Made by a program: the position numbers and the translations under genes
Notes under the pieces: model-generated
Seen by the model: only the letters and a program-made list of their open reading frames with translations
Told to the model about the DNA's origin: nothing
Database searches by the model: none
DNA from: Macrostomum hystrix
Lineage: Eukaryota > Animalia > Platyhelminthes
Direction: 5' to 3'
DNA length: 64,000 nucleotides
Assembly (NCBI GenBank): GCA_950097015.1
Contig: CATNEN010000038.1
Location: forward strand, 31,496,001 to 31,560,000
In this document: positions 1 through 13,025 of the stretch, one piece after another
How the letters are laid out: each line of letters begins with the position of its first letter
Position numbering within the stretch: the first letter of the stretch is position 1

Positions 1-180
1 CGAAGTTTGCTTGCAGGAAATTTGCTTGCAACACATTAGCTTGCCGAACTTTGCTTGCGGCACCTTAGCTTGCCGAACTTTGCTTGCGGCACCTTAGCAC
101 CTTAGCACCTGCGGAACTTTGCTTGCGGCACCTTAGCTTGCCGAACTTTGCTTCCTGACTGTTTGCTTGCTTGCGAAGTT
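1..180 (-). repeat. 14-bp satellite (CGAAGTTTGCTTGC), degenerate, inverted relative to the 490-1272 array
   Basis: Units are the reverse complement of GCAAGCAAACTTCG, mixed with GCACCTTAGC units. The array may continue beyond the window start. Confidence 0.8.
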
Positions 181-489
181 TGTGAGTCAATTATTGCTAC
201 AGAATGTTTTAATTTGCAAGCGCTTATCAGCGGCAATGTCGTAAACTCACTCACAGTAAGCTTTCGAGCTAGCCTTGGGATTTGTAAACGAAGGATTTAG
301 TATAATAAAAGGATATTAGCAGCATAAATTGTAGCAGTTCCTGATTTCAGCACGATCGAACAGATAATGAATATGATAGTGGTGGTAATAACAGGCAGAG
401 CTATGAGCTAACTACAAGGCGAATTCGTCTAGATATATTAACTACCGTACAAATATATATATGAGCACAAAGAGAGGCTTCGTTAAGGT

Positions 490-1272
490 TCAGCAAGCAA
501 ACTTCGGCAAGCAGACCTCTGCAAGCAAACCTCGGCAAGCAAACTTCGGCAAGCAAACTTCGGCAAGCAAGCCTTGACAAGCAAACTTCGGCAAGCAAAC
601 TTCGGCAAGCAAACCTCGGCAAGCAAACCTCGGCAAGCAAACTTCGGCAAGCAAACTTCGTCAAGCAAGCCTTGACAAGCAAACTTCGGCAGGCAAACTT
701 CGGCAAGCAAACTTCGGCAAGCAAACTTCGGCAAGCAAACTTCGGCAAGCAAACTTCGGCAAGCAAGCCTTGACAAGCAAATTTCGGCAAGCAAACTTCG
801 GCAAGCAAACTTCCGCAAGCAAACTTCGGCAAGCAAGCCTTGACAAGCAAACTTCGGCAAGCAAACTTCGGCAAGCAAACTTCGGCAAGCAAACTTCGGC
901 AAGCAAACTTCGGCAAGCAAGCCTTGACAAGCAAATTTCGGCAAGCAAACTTCGGCAAGCAAACTTCCGCAAGCAAACTTCGGCAAGCAAGCCTTGACAA
1001 GCAAACTTCGGCAAGCAAACTTTGGCAAGCAAACTTCCGCAAGCAAACTTCGGCAAGCAAGCCTTGACAAGCAAACTTCGGCAAGCAAACTTCGGCAAGC
1101 AAACTTCCGCAAGCAAACTTCGGCAAGCAAGCCTTGACAAGCAAACTTCGGCAAGCAAACTTCGGCAAGCAGACGTCCGCAAGCAGACGTCCGCAAGCAA
1201 ACTTCGGCAAGCAGACGTCCGCAAGCAAACTTCGGCAAGCAAACTTCGGCAAGCAAAATTCTTGCAAGCAAA
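490..1272 (+). repeat. 14-bp tandem satellite (GCAAGCAAACTTCG)n
   Basis: Tandem units are directly visible. The overlapping ORFs at 401-1402 are translations of this repeat. Confidence 0.95.
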
Positions 1273-1605
1273 TTTCAATATAGACCCAGCTAATATCGAT
1301 ACACTTGTAAATTATGTGTCATGGTTTATTTCTGCACTTATCATATGTATTACTTTGCAGTTCAGTTCAGTTCACATATTCGATGCTTACAGACGGGTAT
1401 AATTATCAATTCAAATTTCATTTGTCTCGTATAGTATATAGCATAAGGAATTATTAACTATCGCTGTGAATACTTTCCTGAGGTTTTTATACTAAAAAAT
1501 ATGCATGTAGTAATTGTCTCGTGATCAAGACAGCCAGCGCGTAGACTAGTGTACCTATACCTATGCGTTGGTCTTTTTCCAGGGCTTTATCAGCCACTCT
1601 ATAGA

Positions 1606-1669
1606 TTAGTTCAACTGCTTTCCGTTGCAGCATCTGTTGATACTGGCTTCAGGTCCACACGTAGTCGGT

Positions 1670-1702
<33 letters not shown>

Positions 1703-4700
1703 AACTGACGATCTGTTATGCAAGTCATCTCTGACAGTACAGTATGCAGAGCGGTGAATGCGGCGATCATTGCGGTTGAGCCAAAGCCGTGTGTAATGAG
1801 GCTAAAGTTGTTTAACTGTTGTCGCAGTTTTGATTCAGCTGGCAACTGTTGCAAAATCGCACTGCTGGCATCTGACTGTTGAGCATTGGTAGCCAAACTG
1901 ACTTGAGTGTTCAACAGGTCGATCATGTTTTGCAGAAGAGATCTGTAAAAAGGATGGAATACAATTTCAGACCATTTCTCTTTTCTTTCAGAATCATGCA
2001 ATCAATTTACTTACTTCGTTGCACTAATGGTCTGTTTACGATTTTGAAGATCTGCATTCTGATCGGCAGCACTAATCGTTGATGGACTCATGGCATCAAA
2101 CGATTGGTTGCAGAGCTGCTGAGCACAAAGCCGTGATGGAAACTCAGTCTCGCACAGGTAGCCAAAGTCCTGAGCTAGACGGCTGGCTTCGCCTTAATTA
2201 TTATGAAGAGGGTGCATGGCGATGCAGTTTGGATGGACTTAGGCAACCATCCCCAATCCTAGCGTACAGCCACCCCTCTCCGGCCCAATCCTTGTGCGCA
2301 TCCACCCCTCACCAATCTTTGTGCGCATCCACCCCTCCCCAATCTTTGTGCGTATCCACCCCTCTCCAATCTTTGTGCGTATCCACCCCTCCCCAATCTT
2401 TGTGCGTATCCACCCCTCCCCAATCTTTGTGCGTATCCACCCCTCCCCAATCTTTGTGCGTATCCACCCCTCCCCAATCTTTGTGCGTATCCACCCCTCC
2501 CCAATCTTTGTGTGCAGCCACCCACCGATCTTTGTGCGTATAGACACCCCTCCTCAATCTTTGTGTACAGCCACAGGCCCTACTCCACCAATCTTTGTAC
2601 CCATCCAACCCCTCCAAATATTTGTGCACATCCGCCCCTCCCTAATCTTTGTGCGTAGCCACTTCATTTCCTCTGCTTTGTGTATGAAAACAATCAAACC
2701 AATCAAACACTGCAGGCTTTACCCTCAACCAGCGAAGTCAGCAGGGTGACTGGGGCGGCTTTCCGTCTCCCAGCCGGCAGGGCCAAGCCGATTCTTTCGA
2801 GCCTCTCGCGCAACGATCTGCCACCGTTCTTGCTCTTCGCTCGCCTCAGCAAGCCGCCAAGCAATGAGGCGTTCAGGCACTCCGGCGGGCTCAATCTTCG
2901 ACGGACTTCGCCAACTGAAACCTTGTACTTGGCTGTCGAAGACAACAGGCTTAGCCGGCCGGGCACAGTGCAAAACAGCTCGACGTGCTTGGAATTCGGC
3001 CTGCATGTTGATTTCGAAAAATCAAATCAGCTGTCTTTGATTACACATGCATTTGCATTGCGGTAAATTGGTTCTCATTGCACATGGCGCCACGAAACAG
3101 ACTTCATCTGGGAGCTCTTTCACAATCTTTCCTCATAATCTACCACAATGTAGCCTCATCTCTACCACAATGTAGCCTTATATCTACCACAATGTAGCCT
3201 TATATCTACCACAATGTAGCCTTATATCTACCACAATGTAGCCTTATATCTACCACAATGTAGCCTTATATCTACCACAATGTAGCCTTATATCCAGCAC
3301 AATGTAGCCTCATCTCTACCACAATGTACACCGTAATCTATGCTCGCACCTTCCAGTTGACTGTTGCTGCTCATTCTGCTCTTGAAACGGACTCGAAGCT
3401 GGTGTTTGAGTAGCTCCATCAATGCGCGATGATGCTTGAGTGGATAGCGACTTCTCAAGCGAAGATTTTTGAAAGTCCGACTTGCGTTTGGTCACTAAAA
3501 AAGAGGTTACTAAATTTTTTACGCCTGATGGCAAAATTGATTTTCTCTGTCAACTGTATAATCTAGGCCTGAAATAAAAATAGCACAAAATTATTCATCA
3601 TGACAACTTTGTCACACTAAGAACGTGCAGTTCTGATACACAATCAGAATCTACAGATCTGACACAGCATGAGAATCTACAGTTCTGACACAGCATGATA
3701 ATCTACAGTTCTGACACAACATGGGAATCTACAGTTCTGACACAACATGGGAATCTACAGTTCTGACGCAGCATGAGAATCTACAGTTCTGACACAGCAT
3801 GAGAATTTACAGTTCTGACGCAGCATGAGAATCTACAGTTCTGACACAGCATGATAATCTACAGTTCTGACACAGCATGATAATCTACAGTTCTGACACA
3901 ACATGGGAATCTACAGTTCTGACGCAGCATGAGAATCTACAGTTCTGACGCAGCATGAGAATCTACAGTTCTGACGCAGCATGAGAATCTACAGTTCTGA
4001 CGCAGCATGAGAATCTACAGTTCTGACGCAGCATGAGAATCTACAGTTCTGACGCAGCATGAGAATCTACAGTTCTGACGCAGCATGAGAATCTACAGTT
4101 CTGACGCAGCATGAGAATCTACAGTTCTGACACAACATGAGAATCTACAGTTCTGACGCAGCATGAGAATCTACAGTTCTGACACAACATGAGAATCTAC
4201 AGTTCTGACGCAGCATGAGAATCTACAGTTCTGACGCAGCATGAGAATCTACAGTTCTGACACAACATGAGAATCTACAGTTCTGACGCAGCATGAGAAT
4301 CTACAGTTCTGACGCAGCATGAGAATCTACAGTTCTGACGCAGCATGAGAATCTACAGATTTTTTTTACCTAAAGAGACTTTTAAAATCAGTGTCAAAAG
4401 GTGTTAAACTAACAAGTATTTGTTCTAAAATGTCTTTTTTTACCTTCTGGAACAATTTTCTCTCTAATTAAAATTGTCAAGTATCGGCTATACGAGCTAG
4501 ATCGAGATGGTGAGAAATCCCCATCAAAAACACACAAATTCGAAACAGGCCTTCTAATTACCGTCGCTATTGACAAATTCGGACATTTCTGCAATGTCGC
4601 ACCAGAGTCTTTGATGATGAGCGGGCTCATTACCTACTGGGTCATGTTGCAGGCAATGATCAAAGTTAACCACTAAATTGCGTTGCATCTGAAATTGAAA

Positions 4701-7540
4701 ATGAATATTTTAGATTTTTGCACTTTTATTTGTTCGTTTGTGCCTTTCGAAATAAAATTCATTAGTGGATATTAATCCGAGATTGACTAATTTACTATGA
4801 AGTCACACAAGTACACTTTGCATTTCTAGCGATCACTCTATTGATTTTTCTCTAGTTCACTCTACTGATTATTCTCTAGTTCACTCTACTGATTTTTCTC
4901 TAGTTCACTCTACTGATTATTCTCTAGTTCACTCTACTGATTATTCTCTAGTTCACTCTACTGGTTATTCTCTAGTCCACTCTACTGGTTATTCTCTAGT
5001 TCACTCTACTGATTATTCTCTAGTTCACTCTACTGATTATTCTCTAGTTCACTCTACTGATTATTCTCTAGTTCACTCTACTGGTTATTCTCTATTCACT
5101 CTACTGGTTATTCTCTAGTTCACTCTACTGATTATTCTCTAGTTCACTCTACTGATTATTCTCTAGTTCACTCTACTGATTATTCTCTAGTTCACTCTAC
5201 TGATTATTCTCTAGTTCACTCTACGGATTATTCTCTAGTTCACTCTACTGATTATTCTCTAGTTCACTCTACGGATTATTCTCTAGTTCACTCTACTGAT
5301 TATTCTCTATTCACTCTACTGGTTATTCTCTAGTTCACTCTACTGGTTATTCTCTAGTTCACTCTACTGATTATTCTCTAGTTCACTCTACTGATTATTC
5401 TCTAGTTCACTCTACTGATTATTCTCTAGTTCACTCTACTGGTTATTCTCTAGTTCACTCTATTGGTTATTCTCTAGTTCACTCTACTGATTATTCTCTA
5501 GTTCACTCTACTGATTATTCTCTAGTTCACTCTACTGGTTATTCTCTAGTTCACTCTACTGATTATTCTCTAGTTCACTCTACTGGTTATTCTCTAGTTC
5601 ACTCTACTGATTATTCTCTAGTTCACTCTACTGATTATTCTCTAGTTCACTCTACTGATTATTCTCTAGTTCACTCTACTGATTATTCTCTAGTTCACTC
5701 TACTGATTATTCTCTAGTTCACTCTACGGATTATTCTCTAGTTCACTCTACGGATTATTCTCTAGTTCACTCTACGGATTATTCTCTAGTTCACTCTACG
5801 GATTATTCTCTAGTTCACTCTACTGATTATTCTCTATTCACTCTACTGGTTATTCTCTAGTTCACTCTACTGATTATTCTCTAGTTCACTCTACTGATTA
5901 TTCTCTAGTTCACTCTACTGATTATTCTCTAGTTCACTCTACTGGTTATTCTCTAGTTCACTCTACTGATTATTCTCTAGTTCACTCTACTGATTATTCT
6001 CCAGTTCACTCTACTGATTATTCTCTAGTTCACTCTACTGGTTATTCTCTAGTTCACTCTACTGATTATTCTCTAGTTCACTCTACTGATTATTCTCTAG
6101 TTCACTCTACTGATTATTCTCTAGTTCACTCTACTGATTATTCTCTAGTTCACTCTACTGATTATTCTCTAGTTCACTCTACTGATTATTCTCTAGTTCA
6201 CTCTACTGGTTATTCTCTAGTTCACTCTACGGATTATTCTCTAGTTCACTCTACTGATTATTCTCTAGTTCACTCTACTGTTCACTCTACTGTTCACTCT
6301 ACTGTTCACTCTACTGCTCACTCTACTGTTCACTCTACTGTTCACTCTACTGTTCACTATACTGTTTACTCTACTGTTCACTCTACTGTTCACTCTACTG
6401 TTCACTCTACTGTTCACTCTACTGCTCACTCTACTGCTCACTCTACTGTTCACTCTACTGTTCACTCTACTGTTCACTCTACTGCTCACTCTACTGTTCA
6501 CTCTACTGTTCACTCTACTGTTCACTCTACTGTTCACTCTCTAACTCATGCAGCTTACCTGATTCAGCTCACTCAAATTCAGTTTAGAATCGTCGAGTGG
6601 GGCTTGACAAGCCGACAATTCAGCGGGCGATGAATTCAACGGAGGCGGCGGAGCGGAAGGGTGCACTGGGCTTGGATTGAGTTGCTGCTGCTGGAAGGCT
6701 GGCGACATCATTGGCTCATAGCTGCAGATGGTCGCATCGGCGAACTGACTCCAATGGTGATGACGCGTTGTGTCTACACAAAATTCTGCGGACTGCTGAG
6801 GTTTGCGTGAGTAAGTGTGAGCACAGCGGACAAGACTAACACGCCCTCACTCTCACAGTCGCTCTCACTCTCATTCTCACTCTCACTCTCACTCTTACTC
6901 TCACTGTCATTCTCATTTCCACTCTTACTCTCGCCCTCACTCTCATTCTCACTCTCACTCTCACTCTTACTCTCACTGTCATTCTCATTTCCACTCTTAC
7001 TCTCACTCTTACTCACACTCTCACTCTCGCTCTCATTCTCATTCTCACTCTCACTCTCACTCTCATTCTCATTCTCACTCTCACTCTCACTCTCAATCTC
7101 ATTCTCACTCTTACTCTCACTCTTACTCACACTCTCACTCTCATTCTCATTCCCATTCTCATTCTCACTCTCATTCTTACTCATACTCTCACTCTCATTC
7201 TCACTCTCACTCTCACTCTTACTCACACTCTCACTCTCATTCTCATTCTCATTCTCACTCCCACTCTCATTCTTACTCACACTCTAACTCTCATTCTCAC
7301 TCTCACTCTCATTCTCATTCTCACTCTCACTGTTACTCTCACTCTGACTCTCATTCTCACTCTCATTCTGACTCATATTCTCATTCTCACTCTCATTCTC
7401 ACTCACATTCTCATATTCACTCTGACAATCACTTTCATTCTCATTCTCACTCACATTCTCACTCTTACTCTCACTGTCATTCTCATTTTCACTCTTACTC
7501 TCGCCCTTACTCTCATTCTCATTCTCATTCTCACTCTCAT

Positions 7541-7572
<32 letters not shown>

Positions 7573-8310
7573 GCATTCTCACTCTCATTCTCACTTTTAT
7601 TCTCATTCTCACTCTCAGTCTCATTGTTAACTCACTCTCACTCTCATTCTCACTCTCATTCTCACTCTCACTCTCATTCTTAACTCACTCTCACTCTCAT
7701 TCTCACTCTCATTCTCACTCTCATTCTTATTCTCACTCTCACTCTCATTCTTAACTCACTCTCACTCTCACTCTCACTCTCATTCTCACTCTCACTCTCA
7801 CTCACATTCTCATTCTCACTCTCACTCTCACTCTCGCTCTCACTCTCATTCTCATACTCATTCTCATTCTCATTCTCATACTCATTCTCACTCTCACTCT
7901 TACTCTCACTCTTTTTCTCATTCTCACTCTCACTCTTACTCTCACTCTCACTCTCATTCTCACTCTCACTCTTACTCTCACTCTCATTCTTAACTCACTC
8001 TCACTCTCATTCTCACTCTCATTCTCACTCTCATTCTCACTCTCATTCTCATTCTCACTCTCACTCTCACTCTCACTCTCATTCTCACTCTCACTCTCAC
8101 TCTCATTCTCATTCTCATTCTCATTCTCATTCTCACTCTCGTTCTCACTCTCATTCTCATTCTCACTCTCGTTCTCACTCTCATTCTCATTCTCATTCTC
8201 ACTCTCACTCTCACTCTCACTCTCATTCTTATTCTCATTCTCATTCTCATTCTGACTCTCGTTCTCACTCTCATTCTCATTCTCACTCTCGTTCTCACTC
8301 TCATTCTCAT

Positions 8311-8362
<52 letters not shown>

Positions 8363-8376
8363 GTTCTCACTCTCAT

Positions 8377-8459
<83 letters not shown>

Positions 8460-8723
8460 TTCTCATACTCATTCTCACTCCCATTCTCATACTCATTCTT
8501 ATTCTCATTCTCACTCTCATTCTCACTCTCACTCTCACTCTCACTCGCATTCTCACTCTCATTCTCACTTTTATTCTGATTCTCACTCTCACTCTTACTC
8601 TCACTCTCATTCTTAACTCACTCTCACTCTCATTCTCATTCTCATTCTCACTCTCACTCTCACTCTCATTCTCGTTTTCACTCTCATTCTCATTCTCACT
8701 CTCGTTCTCACTCTCATTCTCAT

Positions 8724-8769
<46 letters not shown>

Positions 8770-8771
8770 GT

Positions 8772-8818
<47 letters not shown>

Positions 8819-8921
8819 TTCTCATTCTCACTCTCACTCTCACTCTCATTCTCATTCTCATTCTCATTCTCATTCTCATTCTCACTCTCGTTCTCACTCT
8901 CATTCTCACTCTCACTCTCGT

Positions 8922-8968
<47 letters not shown>

Positions 8969-9323
8969 TTCTCATTCTCACTCTCACTCTCACTCTCATT
9001 CTCATTCTCATTCTCATTCTCATTCTCACTCTCGTTCTCACTCTCATTCTCATTCTCACTCTCGTTCTCACTCTCATTCTCATTCTCCTTCTCGTTCTCA
9101 CTCTCACTCTCACTCTCATTCTCATTCTCATTCTCATTCCCATTCTGACTCTCGTTCTCACTCTTATTCTCATTCTCACTCTCGTTCTCACTCTCATTCT
9201 CATTCTCCTTCTCGTTCTCACTCTCACTCTCACTCTCATTCTCATTCTCATTCTCATTCCCATTCTCACTCTCGTTCTCACTCTCGTTCTCACTCTCGTT
9301 CTCACTCTCATTCTCATTCTCAT

Positions 9324-9356
<33 letters not shown>

Positions 9357-9437
9357 TATTCTCATTCTCATTCTCATTCTCACTCTCGTTCTCACTCTCA
9401 TTCTCATTCTCACTCTCGTTCTCACTCTCGTTCTCAT

Positions 9438-9490
<53 letters not shown>

Positions 9491-9491
9491 T

Positions 9492-9525
<34 letters not shown>

Positions 9526-9833
9526 GTTCTCATTCTCATTCTCATTCTCACTCTCACTCTCACTCTCATTCTCATTCTCATTCTCATTCTCATTCTCACT
9601 CTCGTTCTCACTCTCATTCTCATTCTCACTCTCGTTCTCATTCTCATTCTCATTCTCACTCTCGTTCTCACTCTCATTCTCATTCTCACTCTCGTTCTCA
9701 CTCTCATTCTCATTCTCATTCTCACTCTCACTCTCACTCTCACTCTCATTCTTATTCTCATTCTCATTCTCATTCTGACTCTCGTTCTCACTCTCATTCT
9801 CATTCTCACTCTCGTTCTCACTCTCATTCTCAT

Positions 9834-9894
<61 letters not shown>

Positions 9895-10077
9895 ATTTAT
9901 TCAGCTTACCCATCCAGATGTTTGATGATGCTGCAAACAAAGAGTCTGTTGTTGCTGCTGTTGCTGCTGCAGTTCATAGACTGGCGGTGGAAAGTAGGGC
10001 GGATGATGAAGCTCGCCATCATGTAGCAGACCGGCGGGCCGACAGGCGGTTCGCACCTGCTGGTCCTTATTAGACAT
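1606..10077 (-). CDS. TFAP2: Transcription factor AP-2 (TFAP2 family), 7 predicted coding exons
   Basis: Phase-consistent GT-AG exons: 10077-9910 (MSNKD...[11 protein letters not shown], the AP-2 PY motif), 6795-6559, 4688-4562, 3494-3350, 3000-2723 ([85 protein letters not shown], the AP-2 basic region), 2192-2015 ([18 protein letters not shown]) and 1942-1606 ([10 protein letters not shown], helix-span-helix end). Exons 2-4 are less certain than the conserved ones. Confidence 0.93.
2285..2660. repeat. 27-bp intronic minisatellite (CAATCTTTGTGCGTATCCACCCCTCCC)
   Basis: Tandem units inside a TFAP2 intron. Confidence 0.92.
3138..3328. repeat. 22-bp intronic minisatellite (TATCTACCACAATGTAGCCTTA)
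   Basis: About 8 tandem units. Confidence 0.92.
3628..4358. repeat. 26-bp intronic minisatellite (GAGAATCTACAGTTCTGACGCAGCAT)
   Basis: Tandem units are directly visible. Confidence 0.95.
4833..6541. repeat. 24-bp minisatellite (TAGTTCACTCTACTGATTATTCTC) switching at ~6266 to its 12-bp subunit (TTCACTCTACTG)
   Basis: Tandem units are directly visible. Confidence 0.95.
6846..9894. repeat. Compound hexanucleotide microsatellite (CTCACT/CTCATT/CTCGTT)n
   Basis: Fills the first TFAP2 intron. The (RV/RM)n ORFs are artefacts of it. Confidence 0.95.
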
Positions 10078-10527
10078 GTGAAGTTTTTGTTCAAAAAGAT
10101 GATAGATTTTGAAATACAGTCTACATGATCATTTTTACTCACCTGTTTGGAATTAAACATATTTTGAAAATTGTAGTTTTTTGAATAATATTTCCTAGCA
10201 ATGCAGCAAAAATAAAGAAGTCTAGATATGCTTTTCGACCGAGTTCAGAGCTTTTCATGTCAAATTTTCATTTCTGTCATTGAGGCATGCCAAAATAATG
10301 AAAGAGGAGGGTGGGAGGGTTGGTGGGGCGACACAACCAATAAGGAGCCACTAAACAACTGTTTCTTTTTTAACAAGCGCCTATAGCCTACTGTAGAAGA
10401 GATTAAACTGACACTATAGACTGACAGACAATAAGACTTTTTGGACAAACGTAATTTCTCTCTCAATAACACTATCTTTGCATTTCAGTCTCTTTAGCTT
10501 CAGATAAATCGGTTCTGCTTTTAGAAT

Positions 10528-12087
10528 GATCCCCTAAAGTTTGATTGTTATCCCCTCAGTTTGATTATCATCCGCTCAGTTTGATTATTATCCCCTCAGT
10601 TTGACTGTAATCCCCTAAGTTTCATTGTTATCCCTCAGTTTGATTATTATCCCCTCAGTTTGATTATTATCCCCTCAGTTTGACTGTAATCCCCTCAGTT
10701 TGATTGTTATCCCCTCAGTTTGATTGTTATCCCCTCAGTTTGACTGTTATCCCCTCAGTTTGACTGTTATCCCCTCAGTTTGACTGTTATCCCCTCAGTT
10801 TGACTGTTATCCCCTCAGTTTGACTGTTATCCCATCAGTTTGACTGTTATCCCCTCAGTTTGACTGTTATCCCCTCAGTTAGAGTGTTATCCCCTCAGTC
10901 TGACTGTTATCCCTCAGTCTGACTGTTATCCCTCAGTCTGACTGTTATCCCTCAGTTTGACTGTTATCCCCTCAGTCTGACTGTTATCCCTCAGTCTGAC
11001 TGTTATCCCTCAGTCTGACTGTTATCCCTCAGTTTGACTGTTATCCCCTCAGTTTGATTGTTATCCCTCAGTTTGATTATTATCCCCTCAGTTTGACTGT
11101 TATCCCCTCAGTTTGATTGTTATCCCCTCAGTTTGATTATTATCCCCTCAGTTTGACTGTTATCCCCTCAGTCTGACTGTTATCCCTCAGTCTGACTGTT
11201 ATCCCTCAGTCTGACTGTTATCCCTCAGTTTGACTGTTATCCCATGAGTTTGACTGTTATCCCCTCAGTTTGATTATTATCCCCTCAGTTTGACTGTTAT
11301 CCCCTCAGTTAGAGTGTTATCCCCTCAGTTTGATTGTTATCCCCTCAGTTTGACTGTTATCCCCTCAGTTTGACTGTTATCCCCTCAGTTTGACTGTTAC
11401 CCCCTCAGTTTGACTGTTATCCCCTCAGTTTGACTGTTATCCCCTCAGTTTGACTGTTATCCCCTCAGTTTGACTGTTATCCCATCAGTTTGACTGTTAT
11501 CCCCTCAGTTTGACTGTTATCCCTCAGTTAGAGTGTTATCCCCTCAGTTTGACTGTTATCCCCTCAGTTAGAGTGTTATCTCCTCAGTCTGACTGTTATC
11601 CCTCAGTCTGACTGTTATCCCTCAGTTAGAGTGTTATCCCCTCAGTTAGAGTGTTATCCCCTCAGTTTGATTATTATCCCCTCAGTCTGACTGTTATCCC
11701 TCAGTTTGACTGTTATCCCCTCAGTTAGAGTGTTATCCCCTCAGTTAGAGTGTTATCCCCTCAGTCTGACCGCATTTCCGTCAGTTTGACTGTTATCCCC
11801 TCAGTTAGAGTGTTATCCCCTCAGTTAGAGTGTTATCCCCTCAGTTTGACCGCATTTCCGTCAGTTTGACTGTTATCCCCTCAGTTAGAGTGTTATCCCC
11901 TCAGTTAGAGTGTTATCCCCTCAGTCTGACCGCATTTCCGTCAGTTTGACTGTTATCCCCTCAGTTAGAGTGTTATCCCCTCAGTTAGAGTGTTATCCCC
12001 TCAGTTTGACCGCATTTCCGTCGGTTTGCCTATTATCCCCTCAGTTTGACCGTATTTCCGTCAGTTTGACTATTATCCCCTCAGTTG
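10528..12087. repeat. 20-bp minisatellite (CCCCTCAGTTTGACTGTTAT) with variant units
   Basis: Tandem units are directly visible. Confidence 0.95.
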
Positions 12088-12483
12088 ATGTTTTTTGAGA
12101 GGATTAAGAATAACGAAAGGGATGCTTTCTGAGAACAGCAAGTACAGCATGGCTCAGTAACCATGCTAGTGTAATGTTAGCTTATCGACTTTATTGCAAA
12201 CATACTAAGGCGTATGTCGATACCGTTGTCATCATTATCACTCGTCATTAGGAAACATTGAACAACGAAGCGAGAAAAAAGCTTTCGCCCCCTAGGGGAT
12301 CTAGTAGGAAATCTGAAAAAAATTTCCACGATTTTTCTGGACACATCTGACGTATTTTCTGGCACAGATAATAATATGAGAATTCGGCAAATTCATGACA
12401 ACTGTGCCTCGCTCCTCAATTTCATTTGTCGCATATGTTTTTCTCACACGAATAATATCCGGCTGCAGCTGACTTCTACTGCT

Positions 12484-12499
12484 AGATATATATATATAT

Positions 12500-12556
<57 letters not shown>

Positions 12557-12588
12557 CAGATAGATAGATAGATAGATAGATAGATAGG

Positions 12589-12681
<93 letters not shown>
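12484..12681. repeat. (AT)n + (GATA)n microsatellite
   Basis: Directly visible. Confidence 0.95.
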
Positions 12682-13025
12682 GCATGACAGGCTTAACATA
12701 AAAAGTGGTCACTCAAATGATGCTACAATTAATACAAAAATAAAAAAACGAAAAGCTTCATTTTGACAGGACTGCAACATGCCTGCCAAAGTGCTCATAT
12801 GGTTAGATTTGTAACTGCATGGCTCTTCTATTCTATTCGTGATGAAGTGTCTTCAAACTAAGTTGACAGGTATTGAGACTCGGAACAACTGAGCTATATC
12901 TCTACACAATGAGCATTGTGGCGCATATTCAAAGGGTAGCCCTGGAGTTACGGGAACAGGCAGATTACTGACGAACTCTTGCTAAAGTCCATGATAAATG
13001 CTGGCCTAGTAGTTCAGTTTGCCGT

